DNA from: Eledone cirrhosa
Taxonomy: Eukaryota
DNA length: 64,000 nt
Assembly (NCBI GenBank): GCA_964016885.1
Contig: OZ024762.1
Location: 15,562,001-15,626,000, forward strand
Direction of reading: 5' to 3'
How positions within the stretch are numbered: the first letter of the stretch is position 1; every line of letters begins with the position of its first letter. Both the position numbers and the translations under genes were made by a program. Positions 12,519 to 24,690 of this stretch are shown here, piece after piece. The notes under the pieces are model-generated. The model saw nothing but the letters and a program-made list of their open reading frames with translations. It was not told the origin of the DNA and did no database searches.

Positions 12519-12526
<8 letters not shown>
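12075..12526. mobile_element. Penelope-type fold-back element with two hammerhead copies
   Basis: 12170-12306 is the reverse complement of ~12388-12526; same family as 15721-16228. Confidence 0.82.
12420..12474 (+). ncRNA. Minimal type I hammerhead ribozyme (identical copies 12221-12275 -, 15771-15825 -, 16028-16082 +)
   Basis: actgc-CTGAAGA-ggtcacagcc(aaagat)ggctgtcact-GAAA-T-atat-ATA-gcagt-AATAAA: 5 bp stem I, stem II, minimal stem III with palindromic tetraloop. Confidence 0.85.
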
Positions 12527-12588
<62 letters not shown>

Positions 12589-12603
12589 ATATATATCTGT
12601 GTG

Positions 12604-12641
<38 letters not shown>

Positions 12642-12654
12642 TATATATATATAT

Positions 12655-14823
12655 AATAAAAAATTGAACAGGGACAGAACAGAGAGGCAGTACGACAAAT
12701 GTTTATTAGATTCACGCTCAGGAGAGTGGGGGGTAGGTGGAGGACGACGTTTCGGGCATAAGCCCTTCTTCAGGTAAGAGTTCAAAAGGTGTGTAGGGGA
12801 GTGGTGGAGAGACATATAGCGAAAGGAAACTGTGCGAATGAAAAATTAACAAATAAAGACAAAAATATAATAAATAATAAATAAAAATAAAGCATGATCA
12901 AAATACAAGGAATGAGAACATTTAAAAATAAAGGCATGATCAAAATAAACTGAAATTAAAAGGGGTGTAAACAGGTGGTGGAAGGGTGTGGGGTGAGTAG
13001 AGGTGGAGGCGGGTGGAGTGGGGAGAGGGAGACGGGGTGTCCGAGCGGGGAGGGCTGAAGGTGGTGTGTGTGGTTAGGTGTGCGTGTGTGTGTGTGTGTG
13101 TGTATGTGAAAGTGAGGGTTGGGGGAAGAACGGGGTTGCATGTTCAGGAAGGTGTGTGTGGGGGGTGTTTTTGTGTGTCGGAGGGTCTGTGCGTGTGTGG
13201 ATAGGGGGTGGGGGAGAGGAATCAGGGGGCTGAGGGTGTAAATATGTGGTGGGAAGCACGTGTGTGTGGTTTAAGCGTGTTGTGGGTGTGGGTGGCGTGT
13301 GGATAAAAAAAATTTGTATTGGGATGTGTGTGTGGGTGAGTTATATAGGTGATGGTGTTAGAGGATGGTTGAAAGTGGTAAGTTACACGGATGTATGGAG
13401 ATTTTGGTTGGAAGTCAAAACGCGTGTGGGTAATCCAAGAAGCGGTGGTCGGAAGAGGAGAGATGTGGGGTGCGCGCGCAACAGGAAGTGGTCAGCAGTG
13501 GAAGTGCTGTGGTCAGTTGGTGCTGAGACAGTGGTCGGAAGGGCATAGCAGCAGTCAGCGGAATGGTAGGGAGGCGAGGATGGGTAGGTGTGAGAGTTGG
13601 AGTGAGGAGGGTGTGTGTGTGTGTGTATTAGTAGGGGTGTTAGTGGGATGAGTGAGTGTGGAGTGGGGAGAGAAGGGTGTGTGTGGTTCTATGGAGGGAG
13701 TGTGGTGTACTGGTGTGTGTGTAGTTTGGTGAGGAGGTGTTAGTGGGTGTTAGTAGACGGGAGGTGGGGAGGGGTGGAATGCAGGTGTGAGTGGGGGTAG
13801 GGTGTGTAGAGTTGGTGGTGTACGAGGGTGTGTGGGTACGTGTGCGTGGGGTTGGAGGGTGTTAGTGATGTTAGTTGCGTGTGGGGTGGGTGGTGTAAGT
13901 GTGTGCGTGTGATAAGGAGGGGGGAGGAGGAGAAGAGGGGAGGGAAGGGATGTTAGTATGTTAGTTGGGGAAGGGTGGTTAGATGAGGGGTGGAGTGGAG
14001 GTGTTAGTATTGTTAGTGTGGGGTGGGCGGTGAAAAGGAGGGGTGTGTTAGTGGTGTTAGTGGGGGATAAGTGGGGGAGGGGGGCGGTCGAACGCTAAAG
14101 GAATAAGGGTGGGGAGTTCAGGCCGGGGGGAGTGTGGGTCTGTAAGATGAAGATAGTACGTTGTTCGACCGTGAGGCGATGGGCGGGTGTTCCGTGGCAC
14201 TGGAGTAAGCCACAGACTGTGAGATGGCGTGCGGAGTGTCCAGGGCCACCAAAGTGGCGGGCGATGGGGGAACTGCCCCCGAGACGAATGTCCCGGAGGT
14301 GCTCCGTGACTCGGTCCGCCAGGCGGCGTCCCGTCTGTCAGACATAAGTCGCGCTGCACCTCGTGCAACGAAGTCCGTAGACTAGGTTGGAGGAGGTGCA
14401 GCAGAAGGCATGCCGGACCGAGAGAGGGTGGCCGTTGGGACCCTGGAAGGTGGTGGTGTTGGTGATGTGGGGACAGGTGTTGCAGCGGGGCCTAGAACAG
14501 GGGAAGGAACCGGGCGGGGGGGAACGGAGCGTGGTATGGGGGGTAGGGAGCTGTGGACGAGGAGGGTGCGGAGATTGCGTGCGCGTTTGAAGGAGGGGAG
14601 TGGTGGGGTTGGGAAGATGTGGGAGGTGGAGGGGTCGGAGGAGGCGGCGGATGGTGCGGTGGAGGGGTGGTAGGTGATGGGGAAGGGGAGACGGTGGGTG
14701 GGTGTGCGGTGGCGTGGGGTGAGGGTGGTAGAGCGGGGGATAGCACGGGCGCGGGTGAGAGCGGTGTGGACGAGAGAGGGGGGGTAACCTCTGCGGATGA
14801 AATGGCTGACTAGGGAAAGGGCT

Positions 14824-14826
<3 letters not shown>
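12655..14826 (-). mobile_element. 5'-truncated Penelope-like retroelement (GIY-YIG endonuclease end, C-rich 3'UTR, hammerhead, AATAAA)
   Basis: Minus strand reads FIRRGYPP...LPFPITYHP...PSFKRARNLRTLLVHS...PCSRPRCNTC...CTSSNLVYGLRCTRCSATYV.QTGRRLADRVTEHLRDI...PIARHF...PGLN, the typical PLE RT-thumb, Cys linker and GIY-YIG, with a frameshift and a stop. Confidence 0.9.
12746..12778 (-). ncRNA. Minimal hammerhead motif at the 3' end of the Penelope element
   Basis: Reverse complement: ac-CTGAAGA-agggc-ttat-gccc-GAAAC-GTC-gt; stem I weak; AATAAA about 40 nt downstream. Confidence 0.7.
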
Positions 14827-14866
<40 letters not shown>

Positions 14867-14914
14867 GTGTATATATGTATATATATATATATTTATATAT
14901 ATATATACATATAT

Positions 14915-15248
14915 ACACCCCCGTCCCACTACCCCCACCCCATCCACACCACCCCCTTAATTGTGAAGTTATGTTGGTACCACAACATCCAGTCCGAAAC
15001 AAATGAGGTCGTGTAGGTGTCATGACAAAAAAACACACAGTCCACGCTGTAATGTGGCCATGTAGGTAGCACGGTAAAAACCTCCCAGTCCACACTGTAA
15101 ACGTGGTTGGTGTTAGGAAGGGCATCCAGCCGTAGAAAACCCGCCAGACAGTCCTGAGCAAGACAACCAATCTTGCCTCAAGTGGGACAATTCCCGTCCA
15201 GACCCATGCTAGCGTGGAAAATGGACGTTAAACGATGATGATGATGAT
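14915..15248 (+). mobile_element. RTE 3'UTR-derived repeat, family C (other copies 50221-50535 +, 60990-61363 -)
   Basis: GTTATGTTGGTACCACAACATCCAGTCCGAAAC...GGAAGGGCATCCAGCC...GGACGTTAAACGATGATG. Confidence 0.82.
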
Positions 15249-15384
15249 ATATGTATATATGTATATATATTTATATATATATATATGTATATAAATTGAT
15301 ATATATATATGTATATATATTTATATATATATATCTATATAAATTGATATGTATATATTATATATATATATATGTATATATATT

Positions 15385-15454
<70 letters not shown>

Positions 15455-15476
15455 AGCAGGGAAACGCGGATGTAAA

Positions 15477-15559
<83 letters not shown>

Positions 15560-15586
15560 GTATATATATATATATGTATATATATG

Positions 15587-15617
<31 letters not shown>

Positions 15618-15645
15618 GTATATATATATATATATGTATATATTG

Positions 15646-15676
<31 letters not shown>

Positions 15677-15720
15677 GTATATATATATGTATATATATAT
15701 GTATATATATATATATATGT

Positions 15721-16228
15721 AAAATAAAGTTAAATAAAAGTCAAATGATTAAAATTTAGCTTCGTTTATTACTGCTATATATATTTCAGTGACAGCCATC
15801 TTTGGCTGTGACCTCTTCAGGCAGTTTGAATTAGTATGGTATAGACAAGTACATATGTTGTTTAGGTGTATGATATTGTCAATACTCTGATATGCCCAGT
15901 TCCTTGTTGGGTTTGACTCCAGTTCCCCAGTGAATTAACAACCCAACAAGGAACTGGGCATATCAGAGTATTGACAATATCATACACCTAAACAACATAT
16001 GTACTTGTCTATACCATACTAATTCAAACTGCCTGAAGAGGTCACAGCCAAAGATGGCTGTCACTGAAATATATATAGCAGTAATAAACGAAGCTAAATT
16101 TTAATCATTTGACTTTTATTTAACTTTATTTTACACTACTCCGGAGTAACCAAACCAACCTGCGCACTTCATCGAGTGCTCCAGCCTGCATACTGAGGTG
16201 TTGGTATACAACCAACATAAACTCAAAA
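15721..16228. mobile_element. Penelope-type fold-back element, second copy of the 12075 family
   Basis: 15721-15913 is the reverse complement of ~15938-16133; 16134-16228 is the reverse complement of 12075-12170. Confidence 0.82.
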
Positions 16229-16520
16229 ATATATATATGTATATATAAATTAATATGTATGTGATGAAACACAGATACCAACACATCTGTATATATATTG
16301 CGAAAGAAAAATTTAGCCAGATTGAAGTATACTAATTATTATACTACAGTTTGTCCATATGGATTTAAAATAATAAATCAACAAAGACGAACTGTATTGC
16401 CAAATGGCCATGATGTTTAGACACATTTAAATTTCAAAATCAAACCTATTCCGTAGATAAGTTTAGACTTTAAGATCCAAATATGTTTCGAGTTAAATAA
16501 GTGTAGGAATATCAAGTCCC

Positions 16521-16551
<31 letters not shown>

Positions 16552-17019
16552 TGTGTGTATGTATGTGTGTACCTACGTGTATATATATATGTGTGTGTGT
16601 GTGTGTATACCTACGTCTATATATATATGTGTGTGTGTGTGTGTACCTACGTGTATATATGTGTGTGTGTGGGTGTACCTACGTGTATATATATGTGTGT
16701 ATGTGTACCTATGTGTATATATATGTGTGTGTGTGCGTGTGCCTGTGAGTATATATGTATACAAATATATATATATATATATTTATATATACACACATAT
16801 ATATATATATACAACCCAATAATAAAATTACTGAAAAATAAATAACTTCTAAACTCTAAACAAGAATCAGTTGTGTGTATGAGGCTGAGCTGATTCCAGT
16901 TGCTGAATCTGTGTCAGTAGAGCTTGAAAAGAAGTTACTGCCATAGAAACGTGTGGTTTGAATCATAAAATGGTTCATAAATAAAGACCAGAATTTTAGT
17001 GAATAAGAATGAAGTCAGT

Positions 17020-17855
17020 GATTCATTCCTGAGACATTCTAACCACATGTCCAAAGTATTGGAGCTGTGATCTCTCAATTCGGAGAAGTAGCAGCTCTAC
17101 CTGGAGTGACTCTCTGATCTCTGAGCTACAAATCTGTCCAGTGATTCTTTCCTGAGACATTCTAACCACAAGTCCATAGTATCACAGCTGTGATCTCTCA
17201 ATTCGGAGAAGTAGCAGCTCTACTCTCTGATCTCCTAGCTACAAATCTGTCCAGCGATTCTTTCCTGAGACATTCTAACTATGTCCATAGTACCGAAGCT
17301 GTGATCTCTTAATTTGGAGAATTAGTGGCTCTACCTGGAGTGACTCTCTGATCTCCGAGCTACAGATATTTCCAGCGATTCTTTCCTGAGACATTCTAAC
17401 CACATGTCCATAGTATCGGAGCTGTGATCTCTCAATCTGGAGAAGTAGTAGCTCTACCTGGAGTGACTCTCTGATCTCTGAGCTATAAATCTGTCCAGTC
17501 AGTCTTTCCTGAGACATTCTAACCACATATCCATAGTATTGGAGCTGTGAACCCTCAATCTGGAGAAGTAGCGGCTCTACCTGGAGTGACTCTCTGATCT
17601 CTGAGCTATAAATCTGTCCAGTCAGTCTTTCCTGAGACATTCTAACCACATATCCATAGTATTGGAGCTGTGAACCCTCAATCTGGAGAAGTAGCAGCTC
17701 TACCTGGAGTGACTCTCTGATCTCTGAGCTATAAATCTGTCCAGTCAGTCTTTCCTGAGACATTCTAACCACATGTCCATAGTATTGGAGCTGTGAACCC
17801 TCAATCTGGAGAAGTAGTGGCTCTACCTGGAGTGACATTCTGATCTCTGATCTAC
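17020..17855 (-). repeat. 123 bp tandem repeat (~6.5 units) of an RTE-type coding segment
   Basis: 41-aa periodicity SSEIRESLQVEPLLLQIEGSQLQYYGHVVRMSQERLTGQIY. Confidence 0.9.
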
Positions 17856-17857
17856 AC

Positions 17858-18084
17858 ATTAAGAATTGCTGGACAGATTTTATGGGCAAAATCAACCGGC
17901 AAGAGACCCAAAGGTAGATCCCAGCAAGATGGTTGGATAACATCTATGAGATTGGCTGGTGATGCTTGGGGATCCAGTTGGATCAGTTGGAGACAGTTGC
18001 TTCTGACAAGATCCGCTGGAAGGTGTGTTTGAGGACTCTGCCCCCATGTCCCTATCAGGAATAAGTGGGCGAAGAAGAAGAAGA
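17858..18084 (+). mobile_element. 3' end of the same RTE-type LINE in opposite orientation, with (GAA)n tail
   Basis: RIAGQILWAKSTGKRPKGR...RWLDNI continues the unit amplified at 17020-17855; ends GAAGAAGAAGAAG. Confidence 0.75.
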
Positions 18085-18089
18085 TTGAA

Positions 18090-18450
18090 ATCTGTGATTT
18101 GAAGGAGATTTGGCTGTTATTTCTAGCAGATCAAACCACTGTGTAGAGCCTCTCTCATTACATTGTGTCTTTGATATTTTAAGATGGTAGGCTGTGATTT
18201 GAGGGTAGTATAACTGCTATTTCTAGCATATAGTACCTACACATAGAGGCTCTCTCATCACATTGTGTGTCCTCCCTATTTTAAAATGATAATCTGTGAT
18301 TTGAGGGTGATTTAACTGCTATTTCTAGCAGATTGAACCACTGTATAAAGCTTTAATCATCACATTGTGTTCTTATTTTAAGATGGTAGGCTGTGTTTTT
18401 GAGGGCTATATAACTGCTATTTCTAGCAAATCTAACCTCTGTATAAATGG
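18090..18450 (-). repeat. ~105 bp degenerate tandem repeat of a SINE-like head, about 4 units
   Basis: TGTGATTTGAGGG...CTGCTATTTCTAGCA recurs four times; reverse complement of the 4300-4350 motif. Confidence 0.7.
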
Positions 18451-18454
18451 TTTC

Positions 18455-18860
18455 TGATTTCGGCACAAGGCCAACAATTTTTTGGGGGCAAGGGAAAGTT
18501 GATTAAATCGGCCCCAGTGCATTACTGGTACTTTATTTTATCGACCTCGTAAGGATGAAAGGCAAAGTTAACCTCAGCTGTATTTGAACTCAGACTGTAA
18601 AGGGCCGTAACTCTATGCCGCAAAGCCTGGTGTCCAACACTCTACTGATTCTGCCAATTCACCACCCTTTTAATGATAATATATAATTGTTTCTACTTTA
18701 GGCACAAGGCCAGAGGGGAAAGTTGAATACATCAACCCCCAGTGCATTACTGGTATTTTATTTTATCGACCTCAGCAGTGTTCAGACTGTAAAGGGCCGT
18801 AACTCTATGCTGCAAAGAGTGTGTCTGACCCTCTACTGATTCTGCCCATCCACCACCCCT
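18455..18860 (-). mobile_element. Two tandem family A SINE copies
   Basis: GGCACAAGGCC...GCATTACTGGTACTTTATTTTATCGAC...TTTGAACTC...CTGCCAATTCACC. Confidence 0.8.
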
Positions 18861-19221
18861 ATAAATATATAACTGCTACCACTGTGATAGTGTTTTAGAA
18901 GCAGGAAGGGACCTCTTTAGTGAAGTGCTGACATATCTTGGGTTATTTTAAGCAAGAATAAACTAAGTGGTCTGTTTTGGTTTAGTTGAGGTTTTTTTTG
19001 TTCTGTTTTGCTTTTCTTTTCTTTTCTTTTCTTTTCTTTTCTTTTCTTTTCTTTTCTTTTCTTTTCTTTTCTTTTTTCTCTTTTCTTTATAATGTAAGCA
19101 TGTTGATTTTATCTCACCACCATCATCATCATCATCATTCTAATCATCATCATCATTCTAATCATCATCGTCGTCATCATCATCACCATCACCACCATCA
19201 TCATCATTTTTATCACTGCAT

Positions 19222-21485
19222 AGCAGTGTATTTCATAAGAGACATGGGCAGTGTATTTCATAAGAAACATGGTCAGTGTATTTCATAAGAGACATGGTCA
19301 GTGTATTTCAATGGTCAGTGTATTTCATAAGAGACATGGGCAGTGTATTTCATAAGAGACATAGTCAGTGTATTTCATAAGAGACATGGGAAGTGTATTT
19401 CATAAGAGACATGGGCAGTGTATTTCATAAGAGACATGGGCAGTGTATTTCATAAGAGACATGGTCAGTGTATTTCAATGGTCAGTGTATTTCATAAGAG
19501 ACATGGGCAGTGTATTTCATAAGAGACATGGGCAGTGTATTTCATAAGAGACATGGGCAGTGTATTTCATAAGAGGCATGGTCAGTGTATTTCATAAGAG
19601 ACATAGGCAGTGTATTTCATAAGAGACATGGGCAGTGTATTTCATAAGAGACATGGTCAGTGTATTTCATAAGAGACATGGTCAGTGTATTTCATAAGAG
19701 ACATGGGCATTGTATTTCATAAGAGACATGGGCAGTGTATTTCATAAGAGACATAGGCAGTGTATTTCATAAGAGACATGGGCAGTGTATTTCATAAGAG
19801 ACATGGGCAGTGTATTTCATAAGAGACATGGTCAGTGTATTTCATAAGAGACATGGGCATTGTATTTCATAAGAGACATGGGCAGTGTATTTCATAAGAG
19901 ACATAGGCAGTGTATTTCATAAGAGACATGGTCAGTGTATTTCATAAGAGACATGGGCATTGTATTTCATAAGAGACATGGGCAGTGTATTTCATAAGAG
20001 ACATAGGCAGTGTATTTCATAAGAGATATGGGCAGTGTATAAGAGACATGGTCAGTGTATTTCATAAGAAACATGGTCAGTGTATTTCATAAGAGACATG
20101 GTCAGTGTATTTCAATGGTCAGTGTATTTCATAAGAGACATGGGCAGTGTATTTCATAAGAGACATAGTCAGTGTATTTCATAAGAGACATGGGCAGTGT
20201 ATTTCATAAGAGACATGGGCAGTGTATTTCATAAGAGACATGGGCAGTGTATTTCATAAGAGACATGGTCAGTGTATTTCAATGGTCAGTGTATTTCATA
20301 AGAGACATGGGCAGTGTATTTCATAAGAGACATGGTCAGTGTATTTCATAAGAGACATGGGCAGTGTATTTCATAAGAGACATGGGCAGTGTATTTCAAT
20401 GGTCAGTGTATTTCATAAGAGACATGGGCAGTGTATTTCATAAGAGACATGGGCAGTGTATTTCATAAGAGGCATGGTCAGTGTATTTCATAAGAGACAT
20501 AGGCAGTGTATTTCATAAGAGACATGGGCAGTGTATTTCATAAGAGACATGGTCAGTGTATTTCATAAGAGACATGGTCAGTGTATTTCATAAGAGACAT
20601 GGGCATTGTATTTCATAAGAGACATGGGCAGTGTATTTCATAAGAGACATAGGCAGTGTATTTCATAAGAGACATGGGCAGTGTATTTCATAAGAGACAT
20701 GGGCAGTGTATTTCATAAGAGACATGGTCAGTGTATTTCATAAGAGACATGGGCATTGTATTTCATAAGAGACATGGGCAGTGTATTTCATAAGAGACAT
20801 AGGCAGTGTATTTCATAAGAGACATGGTCAGTGTATTTCATAAGAGACATGGTCAGTGTATTTCATAAGAGACATGGGCAGTGTATTTCATAAGAGACAT
20901 GGGCAGTGTATTTCATAAGAGACATGGTCAGTGTATTTCATAAGAGACATGGTCAGTGTATTTCATAAGAGACATGGGCATTGTATTTCATAAGAGACAT
21001 AGGCAGTGTATTTCATAAGAGACATGGGCAGTGTATTTCATAAGAGACATGGTCAGTGTATTTCATAAGAGACATGGGCATTGTATTTCATAAGAGACAT
21101 GGGCAGTGTATTTCATAAGAGACATAGGCAGTGTATTTCATAAGAGATATGGGCAGTGTATAAGAGACATGGTCAGTGTATTTCATAAGAGACATGGGCA
21201 TTGTATTTCATAAGAGACATGGGCATTGTATTTCATAAGAGACATAGGCAGTGTATTTCATAAGAGACATGGGCAGTGTATTTCATAAGAGACATGGTCA
21301 GTGTATTTCATAAGAGACATGGTCAGTGTATTTCATAAGAGACATGGGCATTGTATTTCATAAGAGACATAGGCAGTGTATTTCATAAGAGACATGGGCA
21401 GTGTATTTCATAAGAGACATGGGCATTGTATTTCATAAGAGACATGGTCAGTGTATTTCATAAGAGACATAGGCAGTGTATTCCA
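19222..21485. repeat. 25 bp minisatellite array (~90 units)
   Basis: Unit CAGTGTATTTCATAAGAGACATGGG with GGT/AGG variants and shortened units. Confidence 0.97.
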
Positions 21486-21789
21486 TTACAAACTTGGTAA
21501 CGAAAAGGTTAAAGTGTTTATATTTATTTTCAAATCTTCATCATACTTTTATGTAAGGATCTTTGTTAATATCTCAAACATCAGTTTGATAATTAGAGGA
21601 GAGGAAAGTCGATTAAATTGCCCCCCCACCCCCCAGTGCATTACTGGTACTTTATTTTATCGACCCCGTTAGGATGAAATGCAATGTTAACCTCGGCGGG
21701 ATTGGAACTCAGGACGTAAAGGGCCATAACTCTATGCTGCAAATCATGGTGTCTGACACTCTATCGATTCTACTGCCAATCCACTGATA

Positions 21790-22198
21790 ACAATCGTTGT
21801 TTTTGACAGGGAAAAAAGATTGTGCCTGATTGTAGATGTAGCCTTCCCCTTTGACACAAGAGTGTAAGAAAAGGAGAGGGAGAAAATTAACCGATACCAG
21901 GATTTAATGTGGGAATTAAAAGGGATTTGGGACTGTCATGAGATCAGGGTCATCCCGATTGTCATAGGAGCACTAGGTACTATCTCAGAGAGTTTTCAAG
22001 GATGGTTAAAGAACATTAGTCTAGCTCCCTTTTTTGGGGAACACTTCAAAAGGCATGCTTGCTGGGAACAGCAAGAATCCTCCGAAACGTCCTGAATATC
22101 TGAGGCTGCAGGTAGCGGCTTGATGTTTATTCGAACAAACTTTCCAGTTAAATAACATCAATGACTGAGACTCCAAGAACAATAATAATAATAATAAT
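21790..22198 (+). mobile_element. R4/Dong-like LINE 3' end (restriction-like endonuclease) with (AAT)n tail
   Basis: IVVFDREKRLCLIVDVAFPFD...EKINRYQDLMWELKGIW...VIPIVIGALGTI...LQKACLLGTARILRNVL; ends AATAATAATAAT. Confidence 0.85.
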
Positions 22199-22522
22199 TG
22201 TTTCTACTTTTGGCACAAGGCCAGCAATTACCCCAGTGCATTACTGGTACTTTATTTTATCGTCCCCGTAAGAATGAAAGACAAAGCTAACCTCGTCGGG
22301 ATTTGAACTCCGAACGCAAAGGGCCATAACTCTATGCTGCAAAGCATGGTGTCCGACATTCTACCAATACTGCCAATTCAAGAGCTGTTTCTCCATCTGT
22401 CTGTCTGTTACACTTATATGTATATAGGCATGCTTGCTGGGAACAGCAAGAACCCTCCGATACGTCCTGAATATCTGAGGTTGCAGGTAACGACTTGATA
22501 TTCATTTGAACAAACTTTCCAG

Positions 22523-22750
22523 TTAACCGTTTAGCATTTAAACCGGCCATATCCGGCCAGAGTTCTCTCACTTCTTTCTGTTCAAACTGGCTGTAACTGG
22601 CCATTCATACTTATGTTAAGGTATTGTTCTCAAAATAAATAATTTCAAAATCTCATAGATTCGATATTATGTGCGATATTTATATGAGGTAAAGCCTTTA
22701 CTGTAAAACTATAATAGTATATATGGAGTAATGTAAATGCTAAAGGGTTA
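22523..22750. mobile_element. piggyBac-type MITE inserted at TTAA in a second Dong-like 3' end (22425-23045)
   Basis: TTAA-CCGTTTAGCATTTA ... TAAATGCTAAAGGG-TTAA; host sequence CCAGTTAA|AATAACATCAATG is contiguous in the uninterrupted copy at 22144-22165. Confidence 0.88.
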
Positions 22751-23065
22751 AATAACATCAATGACTGAAGGTGCATGGCTTAGTGGTTAGAGCATTGGGC
22801 TTGCAATCGAAAGTTCAATTCTCAGACCGAGTGATGTGTTGTTTCCTTGAGCAAGACACTTTATTTCACGTTGCTCCAGTTTGCTCAGCTGTAGAAATGA
22901 GATGATAGGGACTGGCGTCCCTATCATTAAATTACCCAAGACACCTCCAATGAGATATAACATGGAGGAGGCCAGCTAAACCTGCATAGGTGTGAGCTAT
23001 CACACACACACACACACAATGACTGAGACCCCAAGAAAATAATAACAACTGATGCTATTTTTCAG

Positions 23066-23126
23066 GTTGATAAAACATCTGACTTCTACAAGACAACAAA
23101 TCTGCCAGCAAAGTTTGAATATCCAG
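23066..23126 (+). CDS. PIERCE1: PIERCE1/2-like gene, internal exon (VDKTSDFYKTTNLPAKFEYP)
   Basis: TTTTTCAG acceptor and CAG|GTAAT donor; resembles the RTSDYYRV..LPGRFNNP segment recalled for C9orf116/PIERCE1; phase 1 joins the next exon. Confidence 0.88.
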
Positions 23127-23181
23127 GTAATATCCATTTAAATTGATGTACATCATCATCATCATTATCACCATCACTGTT

Positions 23182-24690
23182 TAACCCTTTAGCATTTAAA
23201 TCAGTCATATCCGGCCAGAATTCTCTCACCTCTTTCTGTTCAAACCAGCTGTAACTGGCCACTCACACGGATGTTAAGGTATTGTTCTCACAATAAATGA
23301 CATTGAAATTTCATAGATTCGGTATTATGTGAGATATTATGTGAGGTAAAGCCTTAACTGTGAAAATACAATAGTATACAGGGTGTGGACGATATTTGTT
23401 TGCAATTTTCAACTGCTAATTTTATGCAAATTTTTTTTACTTTCGTTGTCACTCTTGTCTTCATAAAAACAGTGACTATATTTCCATTTATTTTCAGAAT
23501 AATTGATTATGAATAATTTTGAACCTCCAAATTTGTGGAAGAGACACGGAGTTCTTTTTGGAATCCGCGCCGGGAGGACAAATAAGGAAATTTCAGACTT
23601 TCTCAGCGTCAGCAGGAGAATGGTGGAAAAGGTCAGAAAGGAATTGGAAGATTGAGGATTCGACTACGAAGCAACATCAGAGAGGAAAACACATGATCGA
23701 CGATCTGACGCCTTCAGAACGCCCGAGTTCGTCGCTGAAGTTCAGGATATCATCAACAATGAACCTAGCAAGTCGATGTGTGCCATTGCAAGGGAGAAAG
23801 GCGTGGATGAAGAGCTCATTAGGCTGGTGGTACATGAAGACATTTGCTACGTTTCATACAAGATGAGGAAAGGACAATTTCTGTCAAAGGCGATGCAAGA
23901 AAAGCGACTGAAGCACGCAAAGAAGCTGATCAATAAGTTGAAACACCCACTGGAGCCAGACATGCTGTGGTTTTTCTCCGACGAGAAAGACTTCTGCCAA
24001 GACCAGAAGATCAACTCCCAGAACAACAGGTGGCTCGCTGTCTCATCCAAAGATGTGCCCAGAGTCATGCAGACAAAGTTTCCAGCGACAACATTGGTCT
24101 TAGGTGTCGTCAGCAGTGAAGGTGACGTCATGCCACCTCACTTCTTCCCTGAGGGCCTCAAGCTGAACATCGTTCTGAGCGAGGTAGTAAAGCTCTGACT
24201 GCAACCCCCTCAACTTCTTTGTGTGGGGCGCAGTGGAACGAGACACCAACAGATCTAGCTGCAATACGAAAGACGATCTGAAGGCCAGGATCACAAGTGC
24301 CTTTAGGAGCCTAAGTCGGGGGACAGTGACGAAGGTTTGTAGCCGGTTCCAAGGTCGCCTTGAGGCCATCATCAAAGCCAATGGCGGGTTTATCGAGTGA
24401 GATCAAAAGAACAAGCCATGAAGACAAACTGACCCAAGTTTGATAAATGAATCTTAAAAAATAAAACTACTGTGTTATTTTTTCCTAGACAGTAATCTTG
24501 CGAACAAATATCGTCCGCACCCTGTATATAGAGTAATGTAAATGTTATGTGAGATATTATGTGAGTTAAAGCCTTTACTGTGAAAATACAATAGTATATA
24601 TATAGAGTAATGTAAATGTTATGTGAGATAAAGCCTTTACCGTGAAAATACAATAGTATATATAGAATAATGTAAATGCTAAAGGGTTAA
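23182..24690. mobile_element. piggyBac-type MITE interrupted by a DD37D transposon
   Basis: TTAA-CCCTTTAGCATTTA ... TAAATGCTAAAGGG-TTAA. Confidence 0.88.
23379..24524 (+). mobile_element. Tc1/mariner superfamily DD37D (maT-type) transposon, internally deleted
   Basis: TIRs CAGGGTG(T/C)GGACGATATTTGTT flanked by TA; WFFSDEKDFCQDQKINSQNNRW...VLGVVSSEGDVMPPHFF; lacks the QQD to SPD segment. Confidence 0.92.

Noticed and set aside
16860-16950. Possible additional PIERCE exon
   Set aside because: No convincing acceptor and donor pair, an in-frame stop, and no family similarity
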